The notes beneath the pieces are model-generated. The model searched no databases. It had not been told where the DNA came from and saw only the letters and a program-made list of their open reading frames with translations. The position numbers and the translations under genes were made by a program. This document shows, piece after piece, positions 16,948 through 31,629 of a stretch of DNA of 64,000 bases (positions within the stretch are counted from its first letter, which is position 1; each line of letters opens with the position of its first letter). Origin of the DNA: a virus; the IMG/VR virus record IMGVR_UViG_3300028840_003906; one strand, written 5' to 3'.

Positions 16948-18585
16948 ATGCCGAATCTGCTGATTGAATCGAATCCAGTAACCATGACACTCCATGAGAG
17001 TGCCGGTGGTAAGGTGATCGCTCGCGGCGAGTATGGTCGTGTTGGCGTTGCGACTCAGAACGGGCGCATCTACCCCGAGAAGCTGATGGAACGGGAGATC
17101 AATAGGCTGAGTGCCGATCTTTCGAGCCGTCGCGTACTCGGGGAACTGGATCATCCGACGGATGGGAAGACGAGCCTGAAGCGAGTCTCCCACGTCATCA
17201 CCGGTCTCAAGATCAAAGATGGTATCATCATTGGCGAGGCCGAGATCCTCAACACACCTGAAGGGCAGACTCTCAAGGCTCTGATCGAGGCGAAGGTTCA
17301 GATCGGCGTTTCGTCCAGGGGGTTTGGATCCACTCGTCCCTCTGAGGACCCGAAGATGGAAGGTGATGTGGTCCAGGATGACTTCGTTTTGAAGACCTGG
17401 GACTTCGTTGCCGACCCGGCTGTCAAGACGGCCATTCCCGGGATTTTCACCGAGGACGTGGACGAGAACCAGCCTGACATCGCAGAGATGTTCCTGGCCG
17501 AGTTTCCTGACATCGCATCGAAGCTCCAGGAGGACGCTCTCGATCGTGCGAAGCTGAAGGTCAACAAGGGCGTCGAGGAGGCCGTAAAAGAGGCCGAGGA
17601 TCGTGTCCGGGCGGAGTTGTCCGAGAAGTTCGAGAAGGGCCTTGCTGAGGCCATCGTGGACGCCAAGGAGCAGCTTAGCGAGGAGCTGCGCGAGGAGTTC
17701 GAGTCCGATCCGGAGATTGGCGGAGCGAAAGCTGCGCTGTCTGCCATCTGGGAGATGGTTGCGCCGTTCAGGGCCACGGATGATGAGGTAGCATTGGCAG
17801 ACGCGGAGAAGGCACGGGAGCTGGAGGTTTCCGAGGCCAAGGACGCGGCTGTGCAGGCGGAGGATCGTGCGGTTCAGGCCGAGTGCATGGCGTACATCGA
17901 GCGTGAGATCAACGGTCATCCGATGGCGGAGTCGATCCGGGGGTTGGTCAAGAAGGCCAAGTTCGACGGGCTCGACGATGCAAAAGAGAAGCTCGCGGCA
18001 ATTCTCTCCGATCTTCCGGAGAGGACGGACGAGAACTTTGTCTCCCGCGAGGAGGCTGAGTTGCGCGAAGAAAATGCCGCGATGAAAGAGAAAGTATCCC
18101 TCCTCAGTGAGAGGGTGAATTCGCTGGATAGTAAACTGCGGAGAGCTGTAGAGGTTGGTGACGAGCTGGATGCTCAGCGAGTAGATGCTGAGGCTCGGGC
18201 GCATGAGCTGGAGGAACAACTCAAGGAGACATCTTCGAAGGTTGACTCGATGAAGGGACAACTGGAAGAGGCCGACAAGATGTTGGAACTCGAAGCGTAC
18301 AAGCGCGACAAGGTTGCTGGGATGCCAAATGGTAGAGAGCTGAGTAGTCTCCTGGAGGACATCACCTCCAAGGACAAAGTTGATGAGTTGGTGGCGAAGA
18401 GGGGCTATCGGGAGGTCTCCAGTCAGGAGCTGGCCGAGGCGAGGAAGACCCTTGCTCGGGGTGCCGGTGAAAGGCAGGAGGAAGAGAGGCCGCTGGCCGA
18501 AGGAACTGTGTCAACGAGACCGACATCTGACGATCTCGGGAATGACATGTCCTTCATGAAGCGGTTGGCAGGCGTCGGCGAGTAG
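16948..18585 (+). CDS. prohead protease (T4 gp21-like) fused to scaffold-like coiled coil
   Basis: NGRIYP, GELDHP, SHVIT, GVSSRGFGS, WDFVADPA motifs; long acidic coiled-coil C-terminus; ATG 16948 after GAGGG SD. Confidence 0.9.
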   Translation: MPNLLIESNPVTMTLHESAGGKVIARGEYGRVGVATQNGRIYPEKLMEREINRLSADLSSRRVLGELDHPTDGKTSLKRVSHVITGLKIKDGIIIGEAEILNTPEGQTLKALIEAKVQIGVSSRGFGSTRPSEDPKMEGDVVQDDFVLKTWDFVADPAVKTAIPGIFTEDVDENQPDIAEMFLAEFPDIASKLQEDALDRAKLKVNKGVEEAVKEAEDRVRAELSEKFEKGLAEAIVDAKEQLSEELREEFESDPEIGGAKAALSAIWEMVAPFRATDDEVALADAEKARELEVSEAKDAAVQAEDRAVQAECMAYIEREINGHPMAESIRGLVKKAKFDGLDDAKEKLAAILSDLPERTDENFVSREEAELREENAAMKEKVSLLSERVNSLDSKLRRAVEVGDELDAQRVDAEARAHELEEQLKETSSKVDSMKGQLEEADKMLELEAYKRDKVAGMPNGRELSSLLEDITSKDKVDELVAKRGYREVSSQELAEARKTLARGAGERQEEERPLAEGTVSTRPTSDDLGNDMSFMKRLAGVGE

Positions 18586-18619
18586 CCGATCGTCACATCA
18601 ATTTTGAGGAGAATTACTC

Positions 18620-20245
18620 ATGAGTAATCAGGCAACCGAAGCGCGTGCTCTTCTGGAGCAGGCAGGTCCGAAAACCGTTCACGATCAGAGCTACGCTGGC
18701 GCATGCATGGCCAAGTGGGGCGAGCTTCTGGAGGGGATTCCCACCAAGGGCGACAATGGGTACACCAAGAAGGTGACCGCGCTTCTGCTCGAAAACGAGA
18801 TGGAGCACATCAAGTCCTTCACTGAGGACACTCTGTCGACCAACGCTGGCGCGTTCACCAAGTACGTGTTCCCGATCCTGCGCCGGGTTTTCCCGAACCT
18901 GATCGCGAACCAGCTCGTGTCGGTTCAGCCGATGACGTCCCCGGTCTCGGGCATCTTCTACTACGAGAAGAAGTACGACGATCGGAAGGGCACGAAGATC
19001 CCGCAGGGGTCCATCAGCAACAACCCGACCGACATGAACTACGACGGCAAGCTGAATGCCGACGACAACGTCAACCAGAACTTCGCGAAGTACTACAGCA
19101 GCGAGTTCATCGATTACGATGACACCTGCACCGACACCGGAACCAGTACTGCGACCCTGAACCAGGGTTCCGCGAACTGCCGCGTGACCGAGTGGAGCCC
19201 GATCCGTGCGAACGGAACGGCTGGCCAGCGGACCTTCTACGTGAAGGCGTACTACCGCTGCAACGACGCGGACAACGCGAACACCCCGACCGAGGTCATC
19301 GCCACGATGGACGACTCGGGCAACCTGATCGACGACCTGAACCCGTCCGGGACGCAGAACGTCGGTTCCTTCGACGTCACCACAGGAAACTGGGCGATCA
19401 CGCCGCTGGGATCCGGTGGTTCGGCATCGAACTTCACCAACAACACCGTGATCTACTTCCAGTACTTCGTGAACTGGGAGCTGGTCGGCTACACCGATGG
19501 CGCCGAGATCCCGAGCATCAGCCTGGACATCGCTCTGCACACCGTGCAGGCCGAGAGCCGCAAGCTGAAGGCCCGCTGGACGGTCGAGGCTGTCGATGAC
19601 CTGCGCGCCCTCCACGGTCTGGATGCCGAAGCCGAGCTGGTTTCGACGTTCTCCAACGAGGTCATGCTGGAGATCGATCGCGAGATCGTGACCGAACTCA
19701 TCAACGGTGCGGCCCACTCGGCCAACTACACCTACAGCTCGACCACGCCGGGCGAGGTGGAGAGCATCCGCCAGATGGTGACGCAGATCTCCGCGATTTC
19801 CGCTGAGATTCACCGCACCTCCGGTCGTGCTCCGGCCAACTTCCTGGTCGTGTCCCCGGCAGTCGGCGGACTCCTGGACCAGCTCTCGACGCACGGCGAC
19901 TTCGCCAGCATCGAGCAGAACGTCCAGAGCCCGAGCTACGGTCCGCTGACCAGCAACTTCGGCATCGCGCGCATCGGTACGCTGCTCCGCAAGTGGGCGG
20001 TCTACCAGGATCCGTACATGACCGGAGACCAGGTGCTGATCGGCCTGAAGGGGAACAACTTCCTGGATGCCGGTTATGTGTACGCTCCGTACGTACCGCT
20101 GCAGGTCACCCCGACGTTCCTCGACCCGAACGACTTCACGTTCAGGAAGGGCGTCCGGACCCGCTACGCGACACGCATGCTCCGTCCGGAGTACTACGGC
20201 GTGCTCAACGTGAGCGGCCTGCCGACGGTCACCTCCAACCTGTAA
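18620..20245 (+). CDS. major capsid protein (T4 gp23-like) with an insertion domain
   Basis: VSVQPMTSP, SRKLKARWTVEAVDDLRALHGLDAEAEL, EIDREIV, GYVYAPYVPL, GVRTRYA. Confidence 0.95.
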   Translation: MSNQATEARALLEQAGPKTVHDQSYAGACMAKWGELLEGIPTKGDNGYTKKVTALLLENEMEHIKSFTEDTLSTNAGAFTKYVFPILRRVFPNLIANQLVSVQPMTSPVSGIFYYEKKYDDRKGTKIPQGSISNNPTDMNYDGKLNADDNVNQNFAKYYSSEFIDYDDTCTDTGTSTATLNQGSANCRVTEWSPIRANGTAGQRTFYVKAYYRCNDADNANTPTEVIATMDDSGNLIDDLNPSGTQNVGSFDVTTGNWAITPLGSGGSASNFTNNTVIYFQYFVNWELVGYTDGAEIPSISLDIALHTVQAESRKLKARWTVEAVDDLRALHGLDAEAELVSTFSNEVMLEIDREIVTELINGAAHSANYTYSSTTPGEVESIRQMVTQISAISAEIHRTSGRAPANFLVVSPAVGGLLDQLSTHGDFASIEQNVQSPSYGPLTSNFGIARIGTLLRKWAVYQDPYMTGDQVLIGLKGNNFLDAGYVYAPYVPLQVTPTFLDPNDFTFRKGVRTRYATRMLRPEYYGVLNVSGLPTVTSNL

Positions 20246-20282
20246 AGCAGGTAGGGGGCGTCTGTTGACGCTGTGAACCCAG

Positions 20283-20321
20283 GGGCCGGGTCGGTGGCTA
20301 ACCGGCTCGGCCCTTTTTTTT
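20283..20321 (+). terminator. Rho-independent terminator after capsid gene
   Basis: 13-bp stem GGGCCGGGTCGGT/ACCGGCTCGGCCC followed by T8. Confidence 0.85.
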
Positions 20322-20338
20322 GCAAGGAGAAAACCAAA

Positions 20339-20914
20339 ATGAAAACCGGATACATCATGACGAGGCGGTTCAATAGGCCGACGACCTTCCAGGGTACCCG
20401 TATCGTGAAGCGTCCTGGGAATGTGCCGGACGGTATCGAGAGGATCGACATCCCGTTCAAGCCGATGCAGGTCACATACGTGGACGATGACATCGACATG
20501 AGCGCTTCTGTTGAGAGTGGGTGGATTTTCAAGAGTAGGGCGCCGAAGGCTGTAGAGCCAGAGGAGATCCCGGAGAGCCTCAAGGATCTGGAAGAGGAGC
20601 CCGACAAGGAGCCAGAGGATCCAGAGGATGAGGATCCCGGAACGGAAGTGGGCGACGACACGGATGTGGAGGCTGATGCGGACACGGAGACCGACGGTGA
20701 GACCGATGCGGATGCCGAATCCGATGACGATGGCGCGGATGCCGATGACGACACCGACGTGGACGACGTGGACGACGATGATGAAGACGAAGCTGCGTAC
20801 GAGTTGCTCGAAGATGGCAGCTATCAGTGTCTCATCTGCAAGGCTCAGGATGAGGAGAAGATCCTGAAGACCGAATCTGGTATGCTGGCTCATATCGAGA
20901 GCAAGCACCAGTAG
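20339..20914 (+). CDS. highly acidic protein with C-terminal C2H2-like zinc finger
   Basis: AAGGAG SD; D/E-rich middle; YQCLIC-x17-HIESKH. Confidence 0.7.
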   Translation: MKTGYIMTRRFNRPTTFQGTRIVKRPGNVPDGIERIDIPFKPMQVTYVDDDIDMSASVESGWIFKSRAPKAVEPEEIPESLKDLEEEPDKEPEDPEDEDPGTEVGDDTDVEADADTETDGETDADAESDDDGADADDDTDVDDVDDDDEDEAAYELLEDGSYQCLICKAQDEEKILKTESGMLAHIESKHQ

Positions 20915-20926
20915 AGGGGTGGTGTC

Positions 20927-21556
20927 ATGAGGGATTTAATGGAGAGGATGCGGTATCTTTCTGGTGTCAGCCAGGACGGATCGCTCGATGATGTTGTGCT
21001 ATCAGAGGTAAAGCATACGGTTGACGGTAGGACCAAGAACGTTATGACTAATCCGGAGGATGTTCTTGGGGCTGTTCTCAGGAATGCTGGGTTGAATCCG
21101 CGCAAGAATGATGTTCACGAATACGAGTCTGACGTCGACGCTCCAAATGTTGATGCAATAAGGGTTTCGTACTCGATTCTTGGCGGAAGAGGTGGGGCTG
21201 TATCTGGAAAACAGAAGTCGATCGTTATCACGTCGCTTGATCCGGGAACGAACAAGGAGAAGGAGATCTTCCGGGTTGCGTTTCCGAATGCGGTGTACAA
21301 TTCATGCAGGATGCAGAAGACATGGTGGTATGACGGAGAGCCGTCGTTCAAGAATCCTGATGGAGCGAAGAAGGCGATCGACCAGGCTGTGTCTAGTGCT
21401 TCTCGGTTCCTCTCAAGGTACGTCAGCAAGGCAAAGAAGGCGAAGCCGTCTGCGGGTGTTGGTATGCTTGGCAAGGCAATGAAGGCGAATAAAAAACTCA
21501 AACTCGGAATTGACGAAGGTGCTCTCCAGAAGCTCTTCGCCGAGATTGAGAGGTAG
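20927..21556 (+). CDS. putative internal head protein (MRDLMERM leader)
   Basis: Shares N-terminal leader with the 45-51 kb cassette. Confidence 0.6.
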   Translation: MRDLMERMRYLSGVSQDGSLDDVVLSEVKHTVDGRTKNVMTNPEDVLGAVLRNAGLNPRKNDVHEYESDVDAPNVDAIRVSYSILGGRGGAVSGKQKSIVITSLDPGTNKEKEIFRVAFPNAVYNSCRMQKTWWYDGEPSFKNPDGAKKAIDQAVSSASRFLSRYVSKAKKAKPSAGVGMLGKAMKANKKLKLGIDEGALQKLFAEIER

Positions 21557-21565
21557 GAGGGGCTA

Positions 21566-22288
21566 ATGCTTGAGCACGAGAAGCGTTTGGATGATGTGGT
21601 TCCGGCTGGGAAGTTTGGCGATGGTGAGGCTGTCGAGGTGAGGACCAAGATGGGGGCCGTCGTGACTTCTGGGCAGGTGATGTCCGTCACTCCGTTCGGC
21701 CTCACTGTCCGAGAGGAAAGTGGCGACACGAAGTTCTACCCGGAGAGGTTGTACCTTTTCGCCTCGCTGGTGGAGGATCCGCCGACTGTTGTGGCGAACC
21801 AGCTGCATGACATGTCTCTCGACGCCCGTGTTCAGGAGAAGTTGAGAACTATGGGGGAGGCCGGTGATCCGACTCCTTCCGAAACTGGCGCGAAGCCGAT
21901 CGATCCGAACGCGAAGCCTGACGAGTACAAGGACAAGGACGGGCGCAAGGATGTCGATATCAAGCAGAAGGGCGACGACGAGAAGGGCAAGAAAGAGCCC
22001 GAGAAGAAGCCTGAAAAGAAGCCCGAGAAGAAGGACGGAGCTGTTGCGGATCCTGAGTCATCGATCGACATGAAGAACCTGCCAGACGATGTCAAGCAGG
22101 CGATCGTGACGACCCAGGATATGGACGAGTCGCAGCTAAATGGTGTCTTGAGTGACATTTCCGACGCGGCCATGAAGGCCCTCAAGCGGACGTCTGTCGC
22201 CGAGACGGAGCTGTACGACGTTGTTCAGAAGATCAACGATGCGTCTTACGAAGTGCTGACTGGGAAAAAGCCGCCCAAGAAGGAGTAG
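21566..22288 (+). CDS. hypothetical protein (possible Sm-like N-terminal beta fold)
   Basis: 240-aa ORF, AGGAGG SD. Confidence 0.65.
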   Translation: MLEHEKRLDDVVPAGKFGDGEAVEVRTKMGAVVTSGQVMSVTPFGLTVREESGDTKFYPERLYLFASLVEDPPTVVANQLHDMSLDARVQEKLRTMGEAGDPTPSETGAKPIDPNAKPDEYKDKDGRKDVDIKQKGDDEKGKKEPEKKPEKKPEKKDGAVADPESSIDMKNLPDDVKQAIVTTQDMDESQLNGVLSDISDAAMKALKRTSVAETELYDVVQKINDASYEVLTGKKPPKKE

Positions 22289-22291
22289 GTC

Positions 22292-23014
22292 TTGAGGTTC
22301 ACAGAAGCCCAGGTCAAAGAGTGGATTTGCAGGCGACTCGGAAAGGGCGTCATCAAAGTCGAGCTGACCGATGATCAGGTTGACGATGCCGTCAACGACG
22401 CAAAGGAGTGGTGGCAGATGTGGGTGGGGCAGGCGAAGAGCGTGCTCTACACCCTGACGGGGAACACCGAAGTCCCAGAGGCTCTGATTGCGAGTGACAT
22501 CGACTCCGTCGTGGACGTTGTGTTCGAGATCGAGTCGGAGAGTTTTCAGAACCTGTTTGCCTGGGCGGACGTTGAGATCAACCCGTACACGTGGATCTAC
22601 TCCTGTGGCGAGGCCGGTGGGTATTCCACGCTTGTCCAGTACATGCAGTATCGGGAGCTTGCGAAACAAATCACGTCATCGGAGAAAGATTGGGATTGGG
22701 ATCGGGCGAAGCGATCTGTTATCATTACACCGAAGCCGGACGCCGGATCGCGTGTGCTGATCACGTACATTTCGACGACCATGGAGATGAGTTACTTGAC
22801 GAATTATGAGATGAGGGTCTTTCGGAACTACGCGCTTGCGCAAGCGATGAAGACGCTCGCTGTGATTCGGATGAAGTACTCTGGGAAGCCGTCGGCGACC
22901 GGAGAGTTCTCCATGGATGGAGACGCGATGTGGGCAAATGGAGAGGCCCTGGAGGGTGACATGGAAGAGAAGATGCGCCAGCTCCAGGCTCCTGTTGGAT
23001 TCTTTGCAGAGTGA
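22292..23014 (+). CDS. neck/head-tail adaptor protein (T4 gp13-like)
   Basis: KEWICRRLGKGVIKVELTDDQVDDAV N-terminal motif; position after capsid. Confidence 0.8.
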   Translation: MRFTEAQVKEWICRRLGKGVIKVELTDDQVDDAVNDAKEWWQMWVGQAKSVLYTLTGNTEVPEALIASDIDSVVDVVFEIESESFQNLFAWADVEINPYTWIYSCGEAGGYSTLVQYMQYRELAKQITSSEKDWDWDRAKRSVIITPKPDAGSRVLITYISTTMEMSYLTNYEMRVFRNYALAQAMKTLAVIRMKYSGKPSATGEFSMDGDAMWANGEALEGDMEEKMRQLQAPVGFFAE

Positions 23015-23046
23015 CGAACTCAAGTTCGTTTTGAGGAGAGGGTAAA

Positions 23047-23928
23047 ATGGATTTCAATGAGCTGAAGGAAATGGCCAAGATCTCTGATCGGATCGCGGAT
23101 GAGGACGAGCGCAGGCTCTTGGAGCACAGTCATGTGGATGACTCTCGTCTGGTGCAGACCGTCAAGAACCTGGAGGAGGCCGGGATCGGGTCGACCATTT
23201 TGACTCCTCTTGTCCGGATGATGGACCGCAAGGACATCTTCCCTGTTCAGGGCAAGGAGTCTGACGGCGAGATCATGTTCCGGTTCGAGGATCTGATGGA
23301 CGCCCAGAACCTCTACGACTTCATGGTCAATCTGGGGCTCGTGGAGCCGGGCGAGATCAAACTGCACGTCTCTGAGCACCAGGTTTCGGTCCATTTCCAG
23401 TCTGGTGTCCTGATGTCGAAGCCAGAGGCGATCCAGGTTGCCTTGATGGCCTATGAGGAGAGCCGGTACGGGGACGAGGAAAACGATGAAGCGTTTGAGT
23501 CCCTGGTGCAGGATGTCGAGGAAGTCCTGATGGAAAGGACCAAGGTTTCCGGTGCTCCGAAGAAGCGTGCGAAAGGGAACCCGTTCCATGACAAGGACGG
23601 GCGCCTGGCGGGCGCGGATGCGATATCCGGGTCCAAGGGTGGGTCCTTCTCGATGGGCAAGACGAAGCTCAAGTTCACTGGGGACAAGAAGGCCAAGAGC
23701 GGAGACAAGGTGGTCAACTTCGCCTCGACGAAACGACCGTGCGGGCGCAACGCGCGTACGAAGGGCAAGAACATCCGCTGCTGGGACGGGTCTGCGATGG
23801 AGGCTGTATCCACGATTCTCGTGAAGAAGAACGGGATGCAGCAGATCGAGGATGCGGAGCTGGAGATGATGATCCGGGTGCTTGACGGCATCGAAGAGGA
23901 TCGCAAGCTCATCGCTGCGAAACAATGA
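23047..23928 (+). CDS. hypothetical head-associated protein with basic insert
   Basis: 293-aa ORF; NPFHDKDGR motif; acidic/basic segmentation. Confidence 0.65.
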   Translation: MDFNELKEMAKISDRIADEDERRLLEHSHVDDSRLVQTVKNLEEAGIGSTILTPLVRMMDRKDIFPVQGKESDGEIMFRFEDLMDAQNLYDFMVNLGLVEPGEIKLHVSEHQVSVHFQSGVLMSKPEAIQVALMAYEESRYGDEENDEAFESLVQDVEEVLMERTKVSGAPKKRAKGNPFHDKDGRLAGADAISGSKGGSFSMGKTKLKFTGDKKAKSGDKVVNFASTKRPCGRNARTKGKNIRCWDGSAMEAVSTILVKKNGMQQIEDAELEMMIRVLDGIEEDRKLIAAKQ

Positions 23929-23931
23929 TTC

Positions 23932-24480
23932 ATGGCTCGCGTCTACTTCAACGAGGAGGCTGAGTACCTTCGGTCTCTCGAAGAGGAGCGGATAGAGCTT
24001 GTCGGCCCCGATTGCGAATACTACACGCTGAATCGCGGGAAGAACGTAGACGCGCTCTACGGCGAGCCGACGAATGATCCGCTCTATGGGGGGTCCTCTC
24101 CGCGTGGGAGCGATTCTGACTCCAACGAGTCCTGGAACTTCTGTCCTGACATTTTGGTTGGGGAAGAGCCGATCACGTTTCCGGTGGCGATCGAGTATCA
24201 AGAATCTGACAATCGAACTCCGATGGTGAGAACGGAGGGTTTTCACTATGAGTACGATGCGATCGTTGCGATTTCGAGAAATCACTGGGAGTGCGCGTGG
24301 GAAGACACGACGTGCGCAGGGCGAGAGCCCAAGGAAGGGGATGTAATTTATCTCTTTGGTGAGTGGTGGGATGTTGTGAAAGCCGGGCGAAGCGGGTATA
24401 TTTTGGATTCGCCGGACTTCGTTGGTTACAAGCTGGAGCTGAAGAAACGCACACAATTCACTCCAGACAGAAAGGTCTGA
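23932..24480 (+). CDS. head closure/neck protein (T4 gp14-like)
   Basis: GPDCEYY-x7-DALYGEP, PKEGDVIYL motifs. Confidence 0.7.
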   Translation: MARVYFNEEAEYLRSLEEERIELVGPDCEYYTLNRGKNVDALYGEPTNDPLYGGSSPRGSDSDSNESWNFCPDILVGEEPITFPVAIEYQESDNRTPMVRTEGFHYEYDAIVAISRNHWECAWEDTTCAGREPKEGDVIYLFGEWWDVVKAGRSGYILDSPDFVGYKLELKKRTQFTPDRKV

Positions 24481-24481
24481 G

Positions 24482-30156
<5,675 letters not shown>

Positions 30157-30165
30157 GAGTTTGAA

Positions 30166-31608
30166 ATGAGTAAGCCCGACATTAGTTCTGACGTTCTACA
30201 ATTCATCGATGCAAATGTGATTGTCACAGATCCTGACACCGGAAAGAAGGGGACATTTGCAATGATGCAGATGCTCGTGAATCGTCGCGAGTTATTTAAT
30301 GATGCCCAGAATCCATTGCATGTTGATGGCTTTGTCCCTCTGGTAGGTGAGAATGGATCTGTGACAAATCTGAACGCCATCCACGGGAAGCTCGGGTGGC
30401 ACAACCAGCAGGTGCATGGGGCTCTCTGGCAGAAGCCGTCTGATCTCTTGATCTTCTACGGGTATCCCAACTCGTTCAATAGTGCGGTCAACGGGTGGGA
30501 CAATGAGAAGGTTGCCAGAGACATGGCTCAGTACGGGTTGATTGTCCTGGGTGATGGTCTCCAGACTCTTCTGGCGTCCGGGTCGCATGATGGTTCGAGT
30601 GGGGCCTCCACGCTCACTGACTCAACGGCAAGTTGGACAACTGATGAGTTCGTTGGGAAAAAGATTGTGAATGTGACCGACGGGAGCACTGGATCGATTA
30701 CAGCCAACACGGCTACCACGATCACAGCAACCCTTTCTGGTGGAACGGAGAACGACTGGGACGCTGGGGATGAGTACCGTGTGGCCAACCATGCCGACTA
30801 TGCAAATGTCTTCAAGATCGTTCCGAGGATCAAGCAGTACAACCCATCGGCGAAGATCTTTGGGTACGTGACTGTGAACCAGACGCTCGCGAACTTCGAA
30901 GACAAGGCTGACGATTGGGATGCTCTGGGTGTAGATGGCATCTTTATGGACGAGGCCGGGTACGACTACGGGACGACAGCTACGAATGACCGGGACGCAT
31001 TCAACGCCAAGGTGGACTACGTTCATGCGTTGAGCAGTGCGAGCACCTGCTTCGCGAACGCCTGGAATATGGATCACATTATCGGAACCGCGAACGATCC
31101 TAGTAAGCCGAACACGACGTGGAACCCAGATCTGGAAGAGTCGAGTCTCACGGCAGATGACTGGTACCTGCTTGAGAGCTGGCCGGTCAATACGGATTCG
31201 TATACCTCTAGCACTCCGGTGGGATACGAGGCGAAGGCGGACTGGGCTGCGCGAGGAGTGAAGGCACAGGGGCACAGGGCGACGTACGGGATCAACCTTG
31301 CGGCGTCTGGCATTATCAACAACAGCAACACGGGTGGTCAGGACCTCTTCGACTTCCTGTTCGTGAGCGCGATGATGTTTGCGATGGACGCTGTTGGTTC
31401 GAGTGACGCGAGCTACGCATCTTCGAGTTCTGCTGTGGACTGGTGGACCAGACCTGACGTCAGTAAGATGGGGGCATTGTATTCCCTGAACGCATCTGTC
31501 ATAGAGGACTCTGGGGATGCAGATGTGTACTGGCGGTACACGGAGTTCGGGCGCTTCAAGCTGGACTTCTCTAGCAGTGCCCAGGACGCGACGGTCGAGA
31601 AAAGGTAG
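30166..31608 (+). CDS. virion-associated glycoside-hydrolase-like (TIM-barrel; spherulin-4/PelA-like) protein
   Basis: KIFGYV, GVDGIFMDEAGYDYG, FANAWN, WYLLES strand motifs; family assignment tentative. Confidence 0.55.
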   Translation: MSKPDISSDVLQFIDANVIVTDPDTGKKGTFAMMQMLVNRRELFNDAQNPLHVDGFVPLVGENGSVTNLNAIHGKLGWHNQQVHGALWQKPSDLLIFYGYPNSFNSAVNGWDNEKVARDMAQYGLIVLGDGLQTLLASGSHDGSSGASTLTDSTASWTTDEFVGKKIVNVTDGSTGSITANTATTITATLSGGTENDWDAGDEYRVANHADYANVFKIVPRIKQYNPSAKIFGYVTVNQTLANFEDKADDWDALGVDGIFMDEAGYDYGTTATNDRDAFNAKVDYVHALSSASTCFANAWNMDHIIGTANDPSKPNTTWNPDLEESSLTADDWYLLESWPVNTDSYTSSTPVGYEAKADWAARGVKAQGHRATYGINLAASGIINNSNTGGQDLFDFLFVSAMMFAMDAVGSSDASYASSSSAVDWWTRPDVSKMGALYSLNASVIEDSGDADVYWRYTEFGRFKLDFSSSAQDATVEKR

Positions 31609-31629
31609 GCTGAATCTGGGAGGTTGTTG

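Noticed and set aside
18614-20908. 764-aa antisense ORF over the capsid gene, and similar long antisense ORFs (10063..11364, 15981..16985, 23020..24651, 27030..28796, 62660..63868)
   Set aside because: Shadow ORFs from high-GC codon bias or Gly-X-Y periodicity opposite well-supported + strand genes.
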